This document shows, piece after piece, positions 21,370-32,074 of a DNA stretch of 64,000 bases; position 1 is the first letter of the stretch; each line of letters begins with the position of its first letter. The position numbers and the translations under genes were made by a program. A model generated the notes under the pieces. The model had not been told where the DNA came from. It saw only the letters and a list, made by a program, of their open reading frames with translations, and searched no databases. Origin of the DNA: an uncultured Planctomycetota bacterium (GTDB lineage Bacteria > Planctomycetota > Planctomycetia > Isosphaerales > Isosphaeraceae); NCBI GenBank assembly GCA_963823665.1, contig CAWGMQ010000003.1:640001-704000 (forward strand), written 5' to 3'.

Positions 21370-23880
21370 ATGGGGACTCCGAGTTACATGGCTCCCGAGC
21401 AGGTAGTCGGGAAGGCGGGGATGATCGGGCCGGCCACGGACATCTACGCCCTCGGCGCTCTGCTCTATGAGATGCTGACGGGCCGGCCGCCGTTTCGAGG
21501 AGAGACCGCCGCCGAGACGGAGCGGCAGGTGATTCATGAAGAGCCGGTCTCCCCCTCTCGATTGAACACGAAAGTGCCGCGCGATCTCGAGACGATCTGC
21601 CTGAAGTGCCTGTCCAAGGAGGCGCGATGTCGCTACGCCAGCGCCCTTGCACTCGCCGATGACCTGAGGCGGTTCGGGGAGGACCGGCCGATCGCGGCCC
21701 GACCAGTCGCGCGGCCAGAGCGTATCCTACGCTGGCTGCGTCGAAACCCGGCGGCGACAGCGTTGATCGTCGCCGCGGCCTTACTGCTCGGCCTCTCGAG
21801 TGCCGCCGGCCTGCGTGAGTGGGGATTAGCAATGAGGCGACGGGCAGAGTTGGAGCAGTGGTCCGAGCGGTTGTCGCGGGTGACAAATCTGCAAAATGAG
21901 GGTCGCTTTGATGAAGCACGCGGCATATTGCAGCAACCGGATGCCGGCATCGCCAGCCTTCGCAAGCAAATTGAGCAAGCCCGCGCCAGTCTGGATCTGG
22001 TTGAGAGACTGGACGCCATCCGCCTGAGCCGCGGATGGACCACTCGAGGCGACGCCATCGACTACGCCGAGTCGAGCCGTCGATACACCGAGGCATTCCG
22101 CGAACGCGGCCTGGGCGATCTGCGGGACGACCCGGATCGCGTGGCCGCGCGTCTGAAAGCGTCGCCGGTTAACAAAGCGCTGGTCGCCGCTTTGGACGAC
22201 TGGGCGACTTGTGCGGACAAGGATGTGCGAGACTGGGTGCTTCGCGTTGTACGGCGCATGGACCCGGACCCATGGCGCGATCGAGTCCGCGATCCCGACA
22301 CGTGGGCGATGGTGAAGGGTTTTCCCGAACTGGCCGAAATAGCCAGAGTTGAGGACCAACCGGTCACTCTGATGGTCGCATTTGGAACACGATGGCGTCG
22401 CTTGAGCGGCGATCCGACCGCCTTCCTGGAGAGAGTGCAGCGCCAGTATCCCGACGATTTCTGGGTGAATTTTGAGCTCGGGCACCTGCTCGGCAAGAGT
22501 GATCCTGCGGGGGCGACCGGTTATTTGCGGGCTGCCCAGGCGCTGCGACCGGATGCTGCGGTCGTGCAAACCGCGCTCGGTCATGAGTTCTTCAAGCTGG
22601 GACAGCTAGACCTCTCGATTCATCATTACAAGCGATCCATGCAAATCGACCCCAACCAGGGATTAACCTGGGGTGACTTCGGCTTGGCCTTGCTCAGCAG
22701 AGGTCGGACAGATGAGGCAGCCGATTGCTTACAAAAAGCTGGAGCCCTCAATCCGAACAATGCTGACGGCCTGCTCTGGTTGCGCACAATCCGGCTTCGC
22801 CAGGGCCGGCCAGAGGAGGCGCGGCTCGCATGGCGTCGATTCATTGACCGGCACGCGAAGGTGCATAACGATTGGCATGGCTATGCCGAACTCTGTCTGT
22901 TTCTCGGGGATGTGGCCGAGTACGAGCGCGGATGCCGGGAGCTCTTGACTCGGTTCGAGTCGAGCACTGACCCACATATCCATGAGCGAATCGGGCGCAC
23001 TTGTCTGCTCCTACCGGAAACGCCGCAGCGGATGCAGCGCGCCGCCGTACTGATCGATCGTGCCTTGGCCGCCGATAAGTCGACGTATGCAGCGTGGGCG
23101 ACCGCGTATTTCCTGTTTGCCAAGGGGCTCGCAGAATATCGCCACAACAACATCCGTAATTCCATCGCCATCCTCGAAGGCGAAGCATCCCGCGTGCTGG
23201 GCCCCGCCCCGAGAATCGTCCGGGCGATGGCCCTGTATCGCCGCGGTGACCGGGAGGAAGCGAGTCAGGCGCTGGCTTCGGCCATCATCGATCACGACTG
23301 GCGAGCGGCGAGCGCCCTTGAGCTGGAGAGCTGGATGTATCACGTGCTCCGCCGTGAAGCTGAAGCGATGGTGTTTCCCAACCTGCCGGCCTTCCTCGCG
23401 GGCACGTATCAGCCAGCCGATCAGTGCGAGCGGCTCGCATTTGTGCGGGCCGCGGAGTTCAACGGTCTGACATGCGCTTCCGCGCGGCTCTATGCCGACG
23501 CCTTCGCCGCTGACCCATCGCTGGCGAATGACCCAGAACGCGGTAGGAGGTATCGCGCTGCCTGCATGGCGGCATCGGCTGGTTGCGGGCGCGGCAAGGA
23601 CGCATCGAACCTTCACGACGAAGAGCGAGCACGTCTGCGCGATCAGGCACGCCGGTGGCTGCGGGCCGAGGTAGCTGCGTGGCGAAAGAAGATCGATTCC
23701 GCTCCTGCCGCGAAGGAACCGGCGGAGAACGCGCTCAATCGATGGCTGATCGACCCCGACTTGGCCGGGCTGCGCGAGCCCGATCTGCTTCGCAAACTTC
23801 CCTTCGCCGAGAATCTGGCATGCAGCGAAATGTAGCGCGAGATCAGCGCGCAGATCGACCGCGCCAGGCGTCGGAATTAA
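21370..23880 (+). pseudogene. Ser/Thr kinase-TPR protein lacking kinase subdomains I-VII; in-frame TAG at 23833
   Basis: Begins at GTPSYMAPE. No GxGxxG, HRD or DFG upstream. TPR-like and family C-terminal blocks are present. The TAG sits at the position of a family Trp, and the frame continues to TAA at 23880. Confidence 0.75.
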
Positions 23881-23912
23881 TCCCGCGACTTACCCCCCAT
23901 TCGTACTGAAGA

Positions 23913-24173
23913 TCAATCGATGAGTTTCATGAGCGCGAGATGGCCGTCGGTATAGGGCCGGTAGCGGACCGGGAAGTCGAGATGAGTCGTCCGGGAGAGA
24001 ACCCCTTTCGGTGCGTGAACGTCTCGAAGCTCCACTGGCCGTGGTAGCGCCCCATGCCGCTGTCACCGACGCCTCCGAAGGGAAGCTCGGGAACGACCAT
24101 GTGCATGATGACGTCGTTGATGCAGGCGTTGCCCGAGGCTCGTCCGGTCGACGACCTTGTGCTGCGTTGCCTC
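23913..24173 (-). repeat. Diverged duplicate of the 3' ~260 bp of the ALDH gene (1326..1586)
   Basis: Direct nucleotide similarity, including [41 protein letters not shown] and the stop region. Confidence 0.85.
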
Positions 24174-24373
24174 ACGCAATTGATTGCTGCTCTGGGCGCT
24201 TCCGCGCCTGCCGTGTATCCGGAACCCTTCGGATAGGAAAGAAAGACGACGCGGACATAGCTCGCTGGAACCTTCATGAGAGAGGTGTGTATCCGCGTGA
24301 TTTCCTGCGCGATCTTCGCTTTGGTCTCGTCCGACACACTTCCCTCTTGAGTAATCGCTGTATACAGTGGCAC
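24174..24373 (-). pseudogene. Tautomerase-superfamily 5' part fused to the ALDH fragment
   Basis: Pro after the initiator (MPLY), [10 protein letters not shown]...[10 protein letters not shown]. Truncated at the 24173 junction. Confidence 0.65.
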
Positions 24374-24379
24374 TTGAAT

Positions 24380-25540
24380 TCAGCTCCTCATCAGCGTCGC
24401 CGATCGGAGATCGCCGATCGTCGGATACCCGTCGATCGCCATGAGCAGATCGGCCTCGGCGAGCAGGCACCGTAGAACGTGGACGATTCCATCGGTGCCA
24501 TCGAGGGCCAGGCCCCAGGCATACGGGCGGCCGATACCAACGGCCGTGGCGCCGAAGGCGAGTGCCTTCAGGATGTCGGAGCCGGTCCGGACGCCGGAAT
24601 CGAACAGCACCGGGGTTTTCCCGGCCGCCTCCACGACGGCGGGCAGCATGTCGAGGCAGGCGATGCCGCCATTGGCCTGACGGCCTCCATGGGTGGAGCA
24701 ATAGATGCCGTCCACTCCCCCGTCGACGGCGCGGCCGACGTCGTCGGGGTGACAGATTCCCTTCAGGAGCAGCGGTCGCTTCGTGAGAGACCGCAGCCAG
24801 GGCAAATCCGCCCAGGTGAGTCTCGCCCCGAACAGCTCGCTCCAGAGCCTGACCGCCGGGGCCGGATCCTCCTCCGGGGGTTTGGCAAGCCGAGAGCGGA
24901 AGACCGGGTCGGAGAAATAGTTGGCGAGGCAGTAGCCCCGTAACTGCGGGAAGCTGGAGCGCGTAAGGTCGCGAGGCCGCCAGCCAGCGACCCACGTATC
25001 GAGGGTCACGACAATCCCCTTGAAGCCGGCAGCCTCCGCGCGATGAACGAAGCTTTCGGCAATGCCCCGGTCATCCGGGGTATAGAGTTGGAAGAAGCCG
25101 GGCGTGTCGCCAAATTCCGGGGTGATAGCCTCGAGCGGATCGACGGTTAGCGTCGAGGCCACCATCGGCACTCCCGTCCTGGCGGCGGCCCTTGCTACGG
25201 CCAGGTCGCCATGTCCATCCTGGGCGCAGATGCCGATGACCCCAATCGGTGCCAGGAAGATCGGGGTCGATAGCTTCATGCCGAAGAGTTCGATCGACAT
25301 GTCCCGTTTGGAGCCATCGACCAACATCCGCGGGACCAGCCCCCATTTGCGGAACGCCGCGACGTTCTGGTCCTGCGTCTGCTCGTCGCCGCAGCCCCCC
25401 TGGACGTACGAGGCGATCGTATCCGGCCAGGCCGCGACCGCCTTCTTCTCGAGTGTTGCGATATCGATCGGGAGCTTGGGGACGACGCCCTGCAATCCGG
25501 CTGCGTAAATCTCGTCCTCGTATTGGCCGAAGAACTTCAC
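24380..25540 (-). CDS. FMN-dependent alpha-hydroxy-acid oxidase (lactate 2-monooxygenase-like)
   Basis: [40 protein letters not shown] start after GGAGG. Confidence 0.9.
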   Translation of the reverse strand: MKFFGQYEDEIYAAGLQGVVPKLPIDIATLEKKAVAAWPDTIASYVQGGCGDEQTQDQNVAAFRKWGLVPRMLVDGSKRDMSIELFGMKLSTPIFLAPIGVIGICAQDGHGDLAVARAAARTGVPMVASTLTVDPLEAITPEFGDTPGFFQLYTPDDRGIAESFVHRAEAAGFKGIVVTLDTWVAGWRPRDLTRSSFPQLRGYCLANYFSDPVFRSRLAKPPEEDPAPAVRLWSELFGARLTWADLPWLRSLTKRPLLLKGICHPDDVGRAVDGGVDGIYCSTHGGRQANGGIACLDMLPAVVEAAGKTPVLFDSGVRTGSDILKALAFGATAVGIGRPYAWGLALDGTDGIVHVLRCLLAEADLLMAIDGYPTIGDLRSATLMRS

Positions 25541-25885
25541 GGGTGTCCTCCGATGGCGTTTGTTTTTGATGGTTCGAGGGACCGCATCCATTCTGGTTTG
25601 CATGATCCGCGCACCGTGACTGCCGGATCCTCCCAGAACCCTTTGGTCTCGGAGAATTTTACCGGTGGGGCCAGGCGGACCAGCTCGCCATAGGGAGTGT
25701 TCGCGATGATCGTGTCCGGTTTCAGGAGCTGGTGTTCTTCCCCGACGGCTTGGATCGCATCACGCTCCAACACACCAATTGACATGAACCACATCGCGCA
25801 TCGGGTCAGGTTGACCCGGACATGATAGCTACCGCCTTTTTTCGCGCGGCGGATCAGCGCTGCCTGAATCCCCGCTGCGCCGACA
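25537..25885 (-). pseudogene. C-terminal remnant of a family III CoA-transferase
   Basis: GAAGIQAALIRRAKKGGSYHVRVNLTRCAMW...[18 protein letters not shown] begins right at the decarboxylase stop, with no start codon or N-terminal domain. Confidence 0.6.
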
Positions 25886-27543
25886 CTAATCATCCGCGTA
25901 CAGGGCCTCAAGACGCTGATTGGCCGCGGTGAGTCCCGCCGGATAGTCCGTCCTGCCGCCGACAACCTCGATGTAACACGCCGATTTCGCCGTGGAAGCC
26001 TTGGCCAGTGCGGCGTCAAGCTCACCAAGCGTGGCGACTTTGGCCGTGAACCAGCCCTGACAGCCCAGGGCGGCGGGCAGGGCGTGGTAGTTCCAAGGAG
26101 CGAGGTCGTTGTAGACCCAGTCCGGGTTCGCCTCGAGCGCCCGCTCGACCATGTAGCCGTCATTGTTGAGGACAAAGATGATCGGCTTCAGTCCATAGCG
26201 TCCCATGGTCCCGACGGCGGTGGCGGTCAACTGGTGCGAGCCTTCACCGGTGAAAAGCACGGTCCGTCTCGACGGGTCGGCCAGGGCGATTCCCAGTGTA
26301 GCCCCGGTAGCCCAGCCGATCGAGCCCCATAAGATTGCACTGTGCGTCTCCGCGCCTTGGGGAAGTGGGAGCGGAAAAATCCCCGAGCTCGAGCTGCCGC
26401 TTTCGAGGACAATTCGATCCATCGGCTTGAAAAAGTCTCGATAACGGGGATACAGTTCCGCCGCGGTGATCGGGTCGTCAGGCTTGCCGCCCGGCTTCGC
26501 CCCAGCCTGCGGACGCGGCGCTCTATATCCGAAGTTCTTGCGAACCGACCTGGCTAGCATGTCGAGGACATCGCCCATTCGGACAGGATTATAGATTCGG
26601 TTCCCGATGCGGACATGGTCGACGTCGACGGTCACAAGCTTCTCGGCGCGAGCTGGCTCGAATAGGCGCCCGTGTTGATCTCGTTAAAATTGACGCCGCC
26701 AGCGTCGATGACCAGGTCGGCAACTTCGATTGCTTCGAGGAGGTGGGAGGACGAACCTGCTCCGGAATAGGTGCCAGCGAATTGGGGGTGCGTTTCCGAG
26801 AGGACTCCCTTCTCCATCGGCATCACGGCAAACGAGCAGCCCAGTGTCTCGATCAGCGCCTGGAGCTTGTCCTGGAGCTTGAACCGCGAGACGGTGTAGG
26901 CGGGGAGGATGGCAACGGATCGGGCGGATTGAATCCGCTCGGCGATCGCTGCAACGGCCTTGGCCAGGTCGGGGCCGCTTGTGGGTTTTGGATAGACGGT
27001 CGCCTCGGTGGCCGTGACCGGGGTGACAGCGTAGTCGGAGGCCACGAGGATGTAGGCAGGGCGGCTCTCCGCCCGCGCCGTGGCGATCAGCCGCTCCATT
27101 TCGTGGACGCAGTTATCGGGAGTGATGACCGCCGAAACGCACGCTGCCTGCGCCGAGATGTTCGCGAAGTTCTGGAACACTCCATCCCCGAGCGTGTGGT
27201 GAATGATCTTACCAACCCGCTGGTTGCGCATGCTTGGCATGCCGACCAGGTGGAAGACACACGACCGCTCAGCCTTGGCCCCCATCACGCCGTTGAGCGC
27301 GGACAGCTCGCCGACGGCGTACGTGGTCGAAAGCAGCGAGCAGCCCCGTACGCGGGCGTAGCCGTCAGCCGCGTAGGCCGCGTCCAGCTCGTTGCAACAG
27401 CCGATCCAGCGGATCACCTCACTCCGCACCACTGCATCGTCGAGCTTGAAGGCAAAGTCACCCGCAACGCCGAAGCAGTCAGTGATCCCCTCACGTGCGA
27501 GCCGCTGGACGATGTAATCGGCGACAGTTGGTTGCTTACTCAT
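25886..27543 (-). CDS. ThDP-dependent alpha-keto-acid (indolepyruvate/pyruvate) decarboxylase, frameshift near 26645
   Basis: FGVAGDF, CNELDAAYAADGYAR, VGELSA, HHTLG, WGSIGWA, GEGS...NNDGY. One C is missing at AP/EKLVTVD. Confidence 0.88.
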
Positions 27544-27668
27544 TGGATCTCTCCTTTCGTCTTTGAATAACGAAACGTGGGCTGAGGCTCACGCCGCTTT
27601 CATCATCACTAAGCGTGACAACGAGTCATTGGACATGATCCCCTCGGCTCACGCCGCCATCGATTCAG

Positions 27669-27681
27669 AGCAACGACTGTG
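27669..27681 (-). promoter_or_regulatory. Broken sigma54 promoter relic (-12 half kept, -24 GG lost)
   Basis: AGCAACGACTGTG matches 20923 AGCAACAACTGTG at 12/13, then reads AA instead of CC. Confidence 0.4.
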
Positions 27682-27786
27682 AATGGCGGGAGCGCGCCGG
27701 GGGAGCCCCGCCCTGGACCTCTACCGACGGCCCCGCTCTCCAGGCCGAGCCCGGCGCCCGGCGAACCCAACAACATCGGCTTCGCA

Positions 27787-28290
27787 CTAGGTTTTGAAGA
27801 ATCCCGAAAAGCTCGAGGTCGCTCTGGGCTTGATGGAGGCGTTCCATGTGTTCAAGATCCCTGTCATTCCAACTTCGGGCACGTATTTGCCGGTCGCGGC
27901 GGCGACCACGATCGCGACGTTCTGCCTTGCATGCCCTCTTATCTTCGTGACAACGGCAGGGCTAAGGCTGAGTTGAATGCTCCCCCGGCTGTTGCTGAGG
28001 TAGACATCCCCACCCTGGAAAAGCTTGCCTGATACCGTCCCGGTGCCCGAACCTGTGAAGTGGTCCCTGCCGATCGTGCCTCTCAGGTTTGTAGTCACCA
28101 GCTCCGAGCCGCTCAGGAGCTGACTATGGCCTTTGAAGGAGGCAGGGATCGTTTTCTGGATCTGGCTCATCGGCACTTCGTGGGGATGGTGAGAGGCCAC
28201 GGCCACTCCCACACCGGCACTCAGTGCCAATCGGCCCTCGAGGGGCTCAAACCCCAACGAACGTTGGCGTTTTGAACGAATTCGCGTCAT
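27787..28290 (-). CDS. Planctomycete secreted hypothetical protein
   Basis: N-terminal RxxRxRxLGFEPLEGRLALS motif typical of planctomycete extracellular proteins. GGAG RBS. Confidence 0.65.
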   Translation of the reverse strand: MTRIRSKRQRSLGFEPLEGRLALSAGVGVAVASHHPHEVPMSQIQKTIPASFKGHSQLLSGSELVTTNLRGTIGRDHFTGSGTGTVSGKLFQGGDVYLSNSRGSIQLSLSPAVVTKIRGHARQNVAIVVAAATGKYVPEVGMTGILNTWNASIKPRATSSFSGFFKT

Positions 28291-28471
28291 GATCGGTTGC
28301 TCCAAGAGAAAAAGGGTCTGTCCACTTCAGGCGCGGACGAACTATTTACCGGGACGATCGCGCCGTTTCGCTCCCGGCTATGGGTCTAGCCCGAACAGGT
28401 CGTTCAGAATGAGTCTTTCGCTGAGAATCTCGAATGAAATAGCCCATCCGAGGCAAGGGATTTCGGGGCGA

Positions 28472-30754
28472 TCACTCGAACCGGAGGGCTTCGATCGGAT
28501 CAAGTCTTGAGGCCTTCCACGCGGGGTAGAAGCCGAAAATCACTCCGACGGTGATCGAGACGGAGACGGATGCCAACACCGCAACAAACGAAGGCTCGGT
28601 TGGCCAGCGAGCCAGTAGACGGACGAGGACCGAGGCGCCACGGCCGGCCGTGATACCAACCGCTCCCCCGATCAGGCAGAGCACGACAGCCTCAACGAGG
28701 AACTGTCGGAGAATGTCGCGGGATCTAGCCCCCACCGCCATGCGCAGGCCGATTTCCCGGTAGCGCTCCGTCACCGTCAAGAGCATGATGTTCATGATCC
28801 CGATGCCGCCGACGAGCAGCGCGATCAGGGCAACGCAGAGGAGCAAGCCAGCGACGAGGCCGACGGTTCCCTTGACGGCGTGAACCACCGCGGTGAAGTC
28901 GCGAACGGCGAAATCGGCTGGCTCGCCCGGCGCGATTCGATGGCGTTCGCGCAGTACACGCGTGATCTGGTCCATCGCAGCCGGGATCTCATCGGTGGAT
29001 AATGCCCGGACCATGATCGAATCGACGCTCGAGAGACGCTCTAGCCGGGGGCTGTCGATCGACTGCATCGGTGCGGTGGTCGGAAACGGAGCGACATGCC
29101 GGCGCGGGTAGCGTCGGGCGGAGAGACCCTGCAATGCGGTGAGATCCGACCCGGGCGACTCCTTGGTTTCGCCCGACGAGGTTGCTCCTGCGCTCACACG
29201 AAACTTGACCGTCGTCCACGGTGCGACCAGCAGGTCGTCTTGATCCTCGCCAATGATATCGGCTCCCTTGCGTGAAAGGACGCCCACGACCCGCAGGGGC
29301 ACGTCGTTGACATAGACTTCCTGGCCGATTGCAGACTGCTCCTCAAACAGCTCGCGCGCGACCGTCTCGCCGAGCAAACACACCATCGCGACGTCATTGA
29401 CGTCCTGCTCGGTGAACGGCTCCCCTTGATCAAGATCTTCCCACTCCATGACGCGAAGGTATGCCGGAGTCGTTCCGACGAAGGTACTGGGGACCCAGTT
29501 CTTGTTCCCATGAACCGCTTGCTGGCGTGTGAACACCAGTGGTGCCAGGCTATCGACGCTCGGGCATTCGTGGAGGATCGTCTCCGCGTCTTCGGGCGTC
29601 AGGGTCTTGATGCTTCCGCTGCCCAGGCTGACTCCATTGCGCGACGCGGCACCGGCCTGGATCACGATGTTATCGACACCTGTCTTGGTCAAAAGTGCAC
29701 GAATCGCCGACCATGCCCCGTTGCCAATCTCGGCGATGGCGAGCAGCGATCCGACGCCGATGATAATGCCAAGCATTGTGAGAGCGGAGCGCATGGCGTT
29801 GCGCCTGAGTGAACGTAGAGCCGTCGCGGTCGTGCGGACAAGAAATCGCATATCGCCGCGCGCGGACCTTCGACGAGACGTCACTTTCGCGCCGTCGCGA
29901 CTGGGATCATCGGTCGGTGAGAGTACTCGGAAACCGGTAAGCGTCTCGCCGCTTTCTGCGCCCTCATGTCGCTTTGGTGTTTCGTCGACGAGGCATTCGT
30001 CGTCGAAGACGAGCCCGTCGCGAATTCGGATGACACGATCGGCGTGCGCGGCTACGTTTGGGTCGTGCGTCACGAGGATGACCGTTAACCCGTCTTCAGT
30101 GTTAAGCTGCCGGAAGAGACGCAGGATCTCCTCACCGGTCTTCGAGTCGAGGTTGCCCGTCGGCTCATCGGCAATCAAAAGTGAACAACTGTTCATAAGC
30201 GCGCGGGCGATCGCGACGCGTTGCTGCTCGCCGCCGGAGAGCCGTGAGGGCTCATGATCGATCCGAGCGCCCAGGCCGAGTCGCTCAAGGAGCGCCCGCG
30301 CTTGAGCGCGGCACTCATGTTCCGAGAAGCCATGGGACCCATAGACGGACGGCATCATCACGTTTTCGAGCGCAGTCATCCGAGGCAGGAGGTTGAAATT
30401 CTGAAAAACGAAGCCGATCTCTCTACTCCGCAGCCAGGCTCGCTCCGCTTCACCAAGATGGGTGACATTTTTGTGATTGAACCACTGCCGGCCGGACGTC
30501 GGACGATCGAGGAAGCCCAGGAGGTTGATCAGCGTCGTCTTCCCGGAACCCGAGACACCCATCAGCGCGACCATCTCGCGCCGCGCGATCGAGAGCGAGA
30601 CGCCCCTGAGCACGGGCACGTCGATCGCCCCGCGAGTGTAGACTTTGTGAATACTTTCCAACTTGATGATCGCTTCAGAGTCTCGATCAGTGCGGCACGG
30701 GTTGGGACAGCAGGTCGGCGTTCCTCGAACTGGGTACAAAGTCTGCACGATCAT
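28472..30754 (-). CDS. macB: MacB-type ABC transporter (ATPase-permease fusion)
   Basis: GVSGSGKTT, LSGGEQQRVAIARAL, ADEPTGNLDS, RSALTMLGIIIG, GGIGIMNIML, DPIEALRFE. Confidence 0.88.
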   Translation of the reverse strand: MIVQTLYPVRGTPTCCPNPCRTDRDSEAIIKLESIHKVYTRGAIDVPVLRGVSLSIARREMVALMGVSGSGKTTLINLLGFLDRPTSGRQWFNHKNVTHLGEAERAWLRSREIGFVFQNFNLLPRMTALENVMMPSVYGSHGFSEHECRAQARALLERLGLGARIDHEPSRLSGGEQQRVAIARALMNSCSLLIADEPTGNLDSKTGEEILRLFRQLNTEDGLTVILVTHDPNVAAHADRVIRIRDGLVFDDECLVDETPKRHEGAESGETLTGFRVLSPTDDPSRDGAKVTSRRRSARGDMRFLVRTTATALRSLRRNAMRSALTMLGIIIGVGSLLAIAEIGNGAWSAIRALLTKTGVDNIVIQAGAASRNGVSLGSGSIKTLTPEDAETILHECPSVDSLAPLVFTRQQAVHGNKNWVPSTFVGTTPAYLRVMEWEDLDQGEPFTEQDVNDVAMVCLLGETVARELFEEQSAIGQEVYVNDVPLRVVGVLSRKGADIIGEDQDDLLVAPWTTVKFRVSAGATSSGETKESPGSDLTALQGLSARRYPRRHVAPFPTTAPMQSIDSPRLERLSSVDSIMVRALSTDEIPAAMDQITRVLRERHRIAPGEPADFAVRDFTAVVHAVKGTVGLVAGLLLCVALIALLVGGIGIMNIMLLTVTERYREIGLRMAVGARSRDILRQFLVEAVVLCLIGGAVGITAGRGASVLVRLLARWPTEPSFVAVLASVSVSITVGVIFGFYPAWKASRLDPIEALRFE

Positions 30755-32052
30755 TGACTCTCACCTTTCTTTGGAGGCTCGCTCCAGGTGTGCGGCAATA
30801 TTGAAAGAGCATCGGAGTCGGAACCGATGCGGTTCGCACCGACGACAATTTCCACTCCGGCGGCAAGGTCGGCTCCGCTGACCTCGGTGACAAGACCGTC
30901 GGAAAGGCCAATGCGCGCCTTGATCGGCTTTACGAAGTCGCCCCGCAGCACCCAGAGGAGGCCGCTTCGTTCGTCGCCAGAGTGGTTGGCTTTCGGCGCG
31001 GCTTCTTCGTGCGACGGAAGCGGCCGGCGTTGTGCGAGCGCATATTCCTCGCGTGCCTCGGGTACGACATCCCGCACCAGCGGTTGCCAGCGGAGGGCGG
31101 CATTGGGCACCAGCAGCACGCCCTTCCGCCTTTCGACTTCGAACTGAAGCCGCGCCGTCAGGTACGGCAGGAGACGGCCGGCGGAGTTATCGACCGCCAC
31201 GACGACCGTATAGGTGACAACATTCTGCGTCATGCTCGCGTTCAGGCGAATCTGCGAGACCTTGCCCTCGAAGGTATCCCGTGGCAGGGCGCTGACGGTG
31301 AAAGTGACGGACTGTCCCTCGTGGATCGAGCCGATGTCGGTCTCGTTGACCGACGACCAGATCTCGAGGCGGCTCAGGTCCTTGGCAATCAAGAAGAGGC
31401 TCGGGGCATTCAGGCTGGCGATGACGACCTGACCGACGTTGATCCGGCGGTCGAGAACGATCCCCTTGACCGGGGACCGGATCGTCGTGTACCCGAGATT
31501 GACGGTGGCCTCTTCGAGATCTGCCCGGGCGACGGCTAGCGCACCTTGATTGACTGCCAACGTTGCTCTGGCCGATTCAAAGTTCGCCAGGGTCGTGTCG
31601 TATTCCTGAGCTGCGATCGTCTTTCGGTCCATGAGTTTACGACATCGATCGAGTTCGCGGTCGGCTTGCCTGAGCTTGGCCTGGGCTTGCTCGATGTCTG
31701 CCTCGGCCTTCGTGACCCGGCCGCGTGCCTGGTCGAGCCGTGCCTGGAACAGCGCGGAGTCGATGCGGGCCAGCACCGTGCCCGGCTCAACGCGCGAGCC
31801 GTAGCTGACGGTCTTGCTCGGGTCGAGAGGGTCGACGGCGAAGCTCTCGATCCTCCCGGCCACCTGGGCTCCGACGTCGACGACATCCTGGGGCTCGATC
31901 GTCCCGGTTGTGTTGATCGTCGATCCGACATCGCCTTGTCTGATGGTGACGGTACGATACGAAACGCGCTGGGTGCGAGCCTCGGCCCAGTACCAGACCC
32001 CGCATCCGCCCACTCCCCACAAAACAATCATCGACACGATAAATTTCTTCAT
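30751..32052 (-). CDS. MacA-like periplasmic adaptor (membrane fusion protein)
   Basis: N-terminal anchor, VGAQVAGRI, TIRSPVKG, VNETDIG, VPNAALRW. Confidence 0.9.
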   Translation of the reverse strand: MKKFIVSMIVLWGVGGCGVWYWAEARTQRVSYRTVTIRQGDVGSTINTTGTIEPQDVVDVGAQVAGRIESFAVDPLDPSKTVSYGSRVEPGTVLARIDSALFQARLDQARGRVTKAEADIEQAQAKLRQADRELDRCRKLMDRKTIAAQEYDTTLANFESARATLAVNQGALAVARADLEEATVNLGYTTIRSPVKGIVLDRRINVGQVVIASLNAPSLFLIAKDLSRLEIWSSVNETDIGSIHEGQSVTFTVSALPRDTFEGKVSQIRLNASMTQNVVTYTVVVAVDNSAGRLLPYLTARLQFEVERRKGVLLVPNAALRWQPLVRDVVPEAREEYALAQRRPLPSHEEAAPKANHSGDERSGLLWVLRGDFVKPIKARIGLSDGLVTEVSGADLAAGVEIVVGANRIGSDSDALSILPHTWSEPPKKGESQ

Positions 32053-32074
32053 GCTGTGCTCCTTTCTTAGTCTT

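Noticed and set aside
23833..23835. Amber read-through/pyrrolysine at the in-frame TAG
   Set aside because: It is a single TGG-to-TAG change in an already truncated gene, and no pyl genes or other recoding evidence are present.
28398..28407. GGTCGTTCAG shared with 20831-20840
   Set aside because: The match is only 10 bp with weak flanks and cannot be distinguished from chance by eye.
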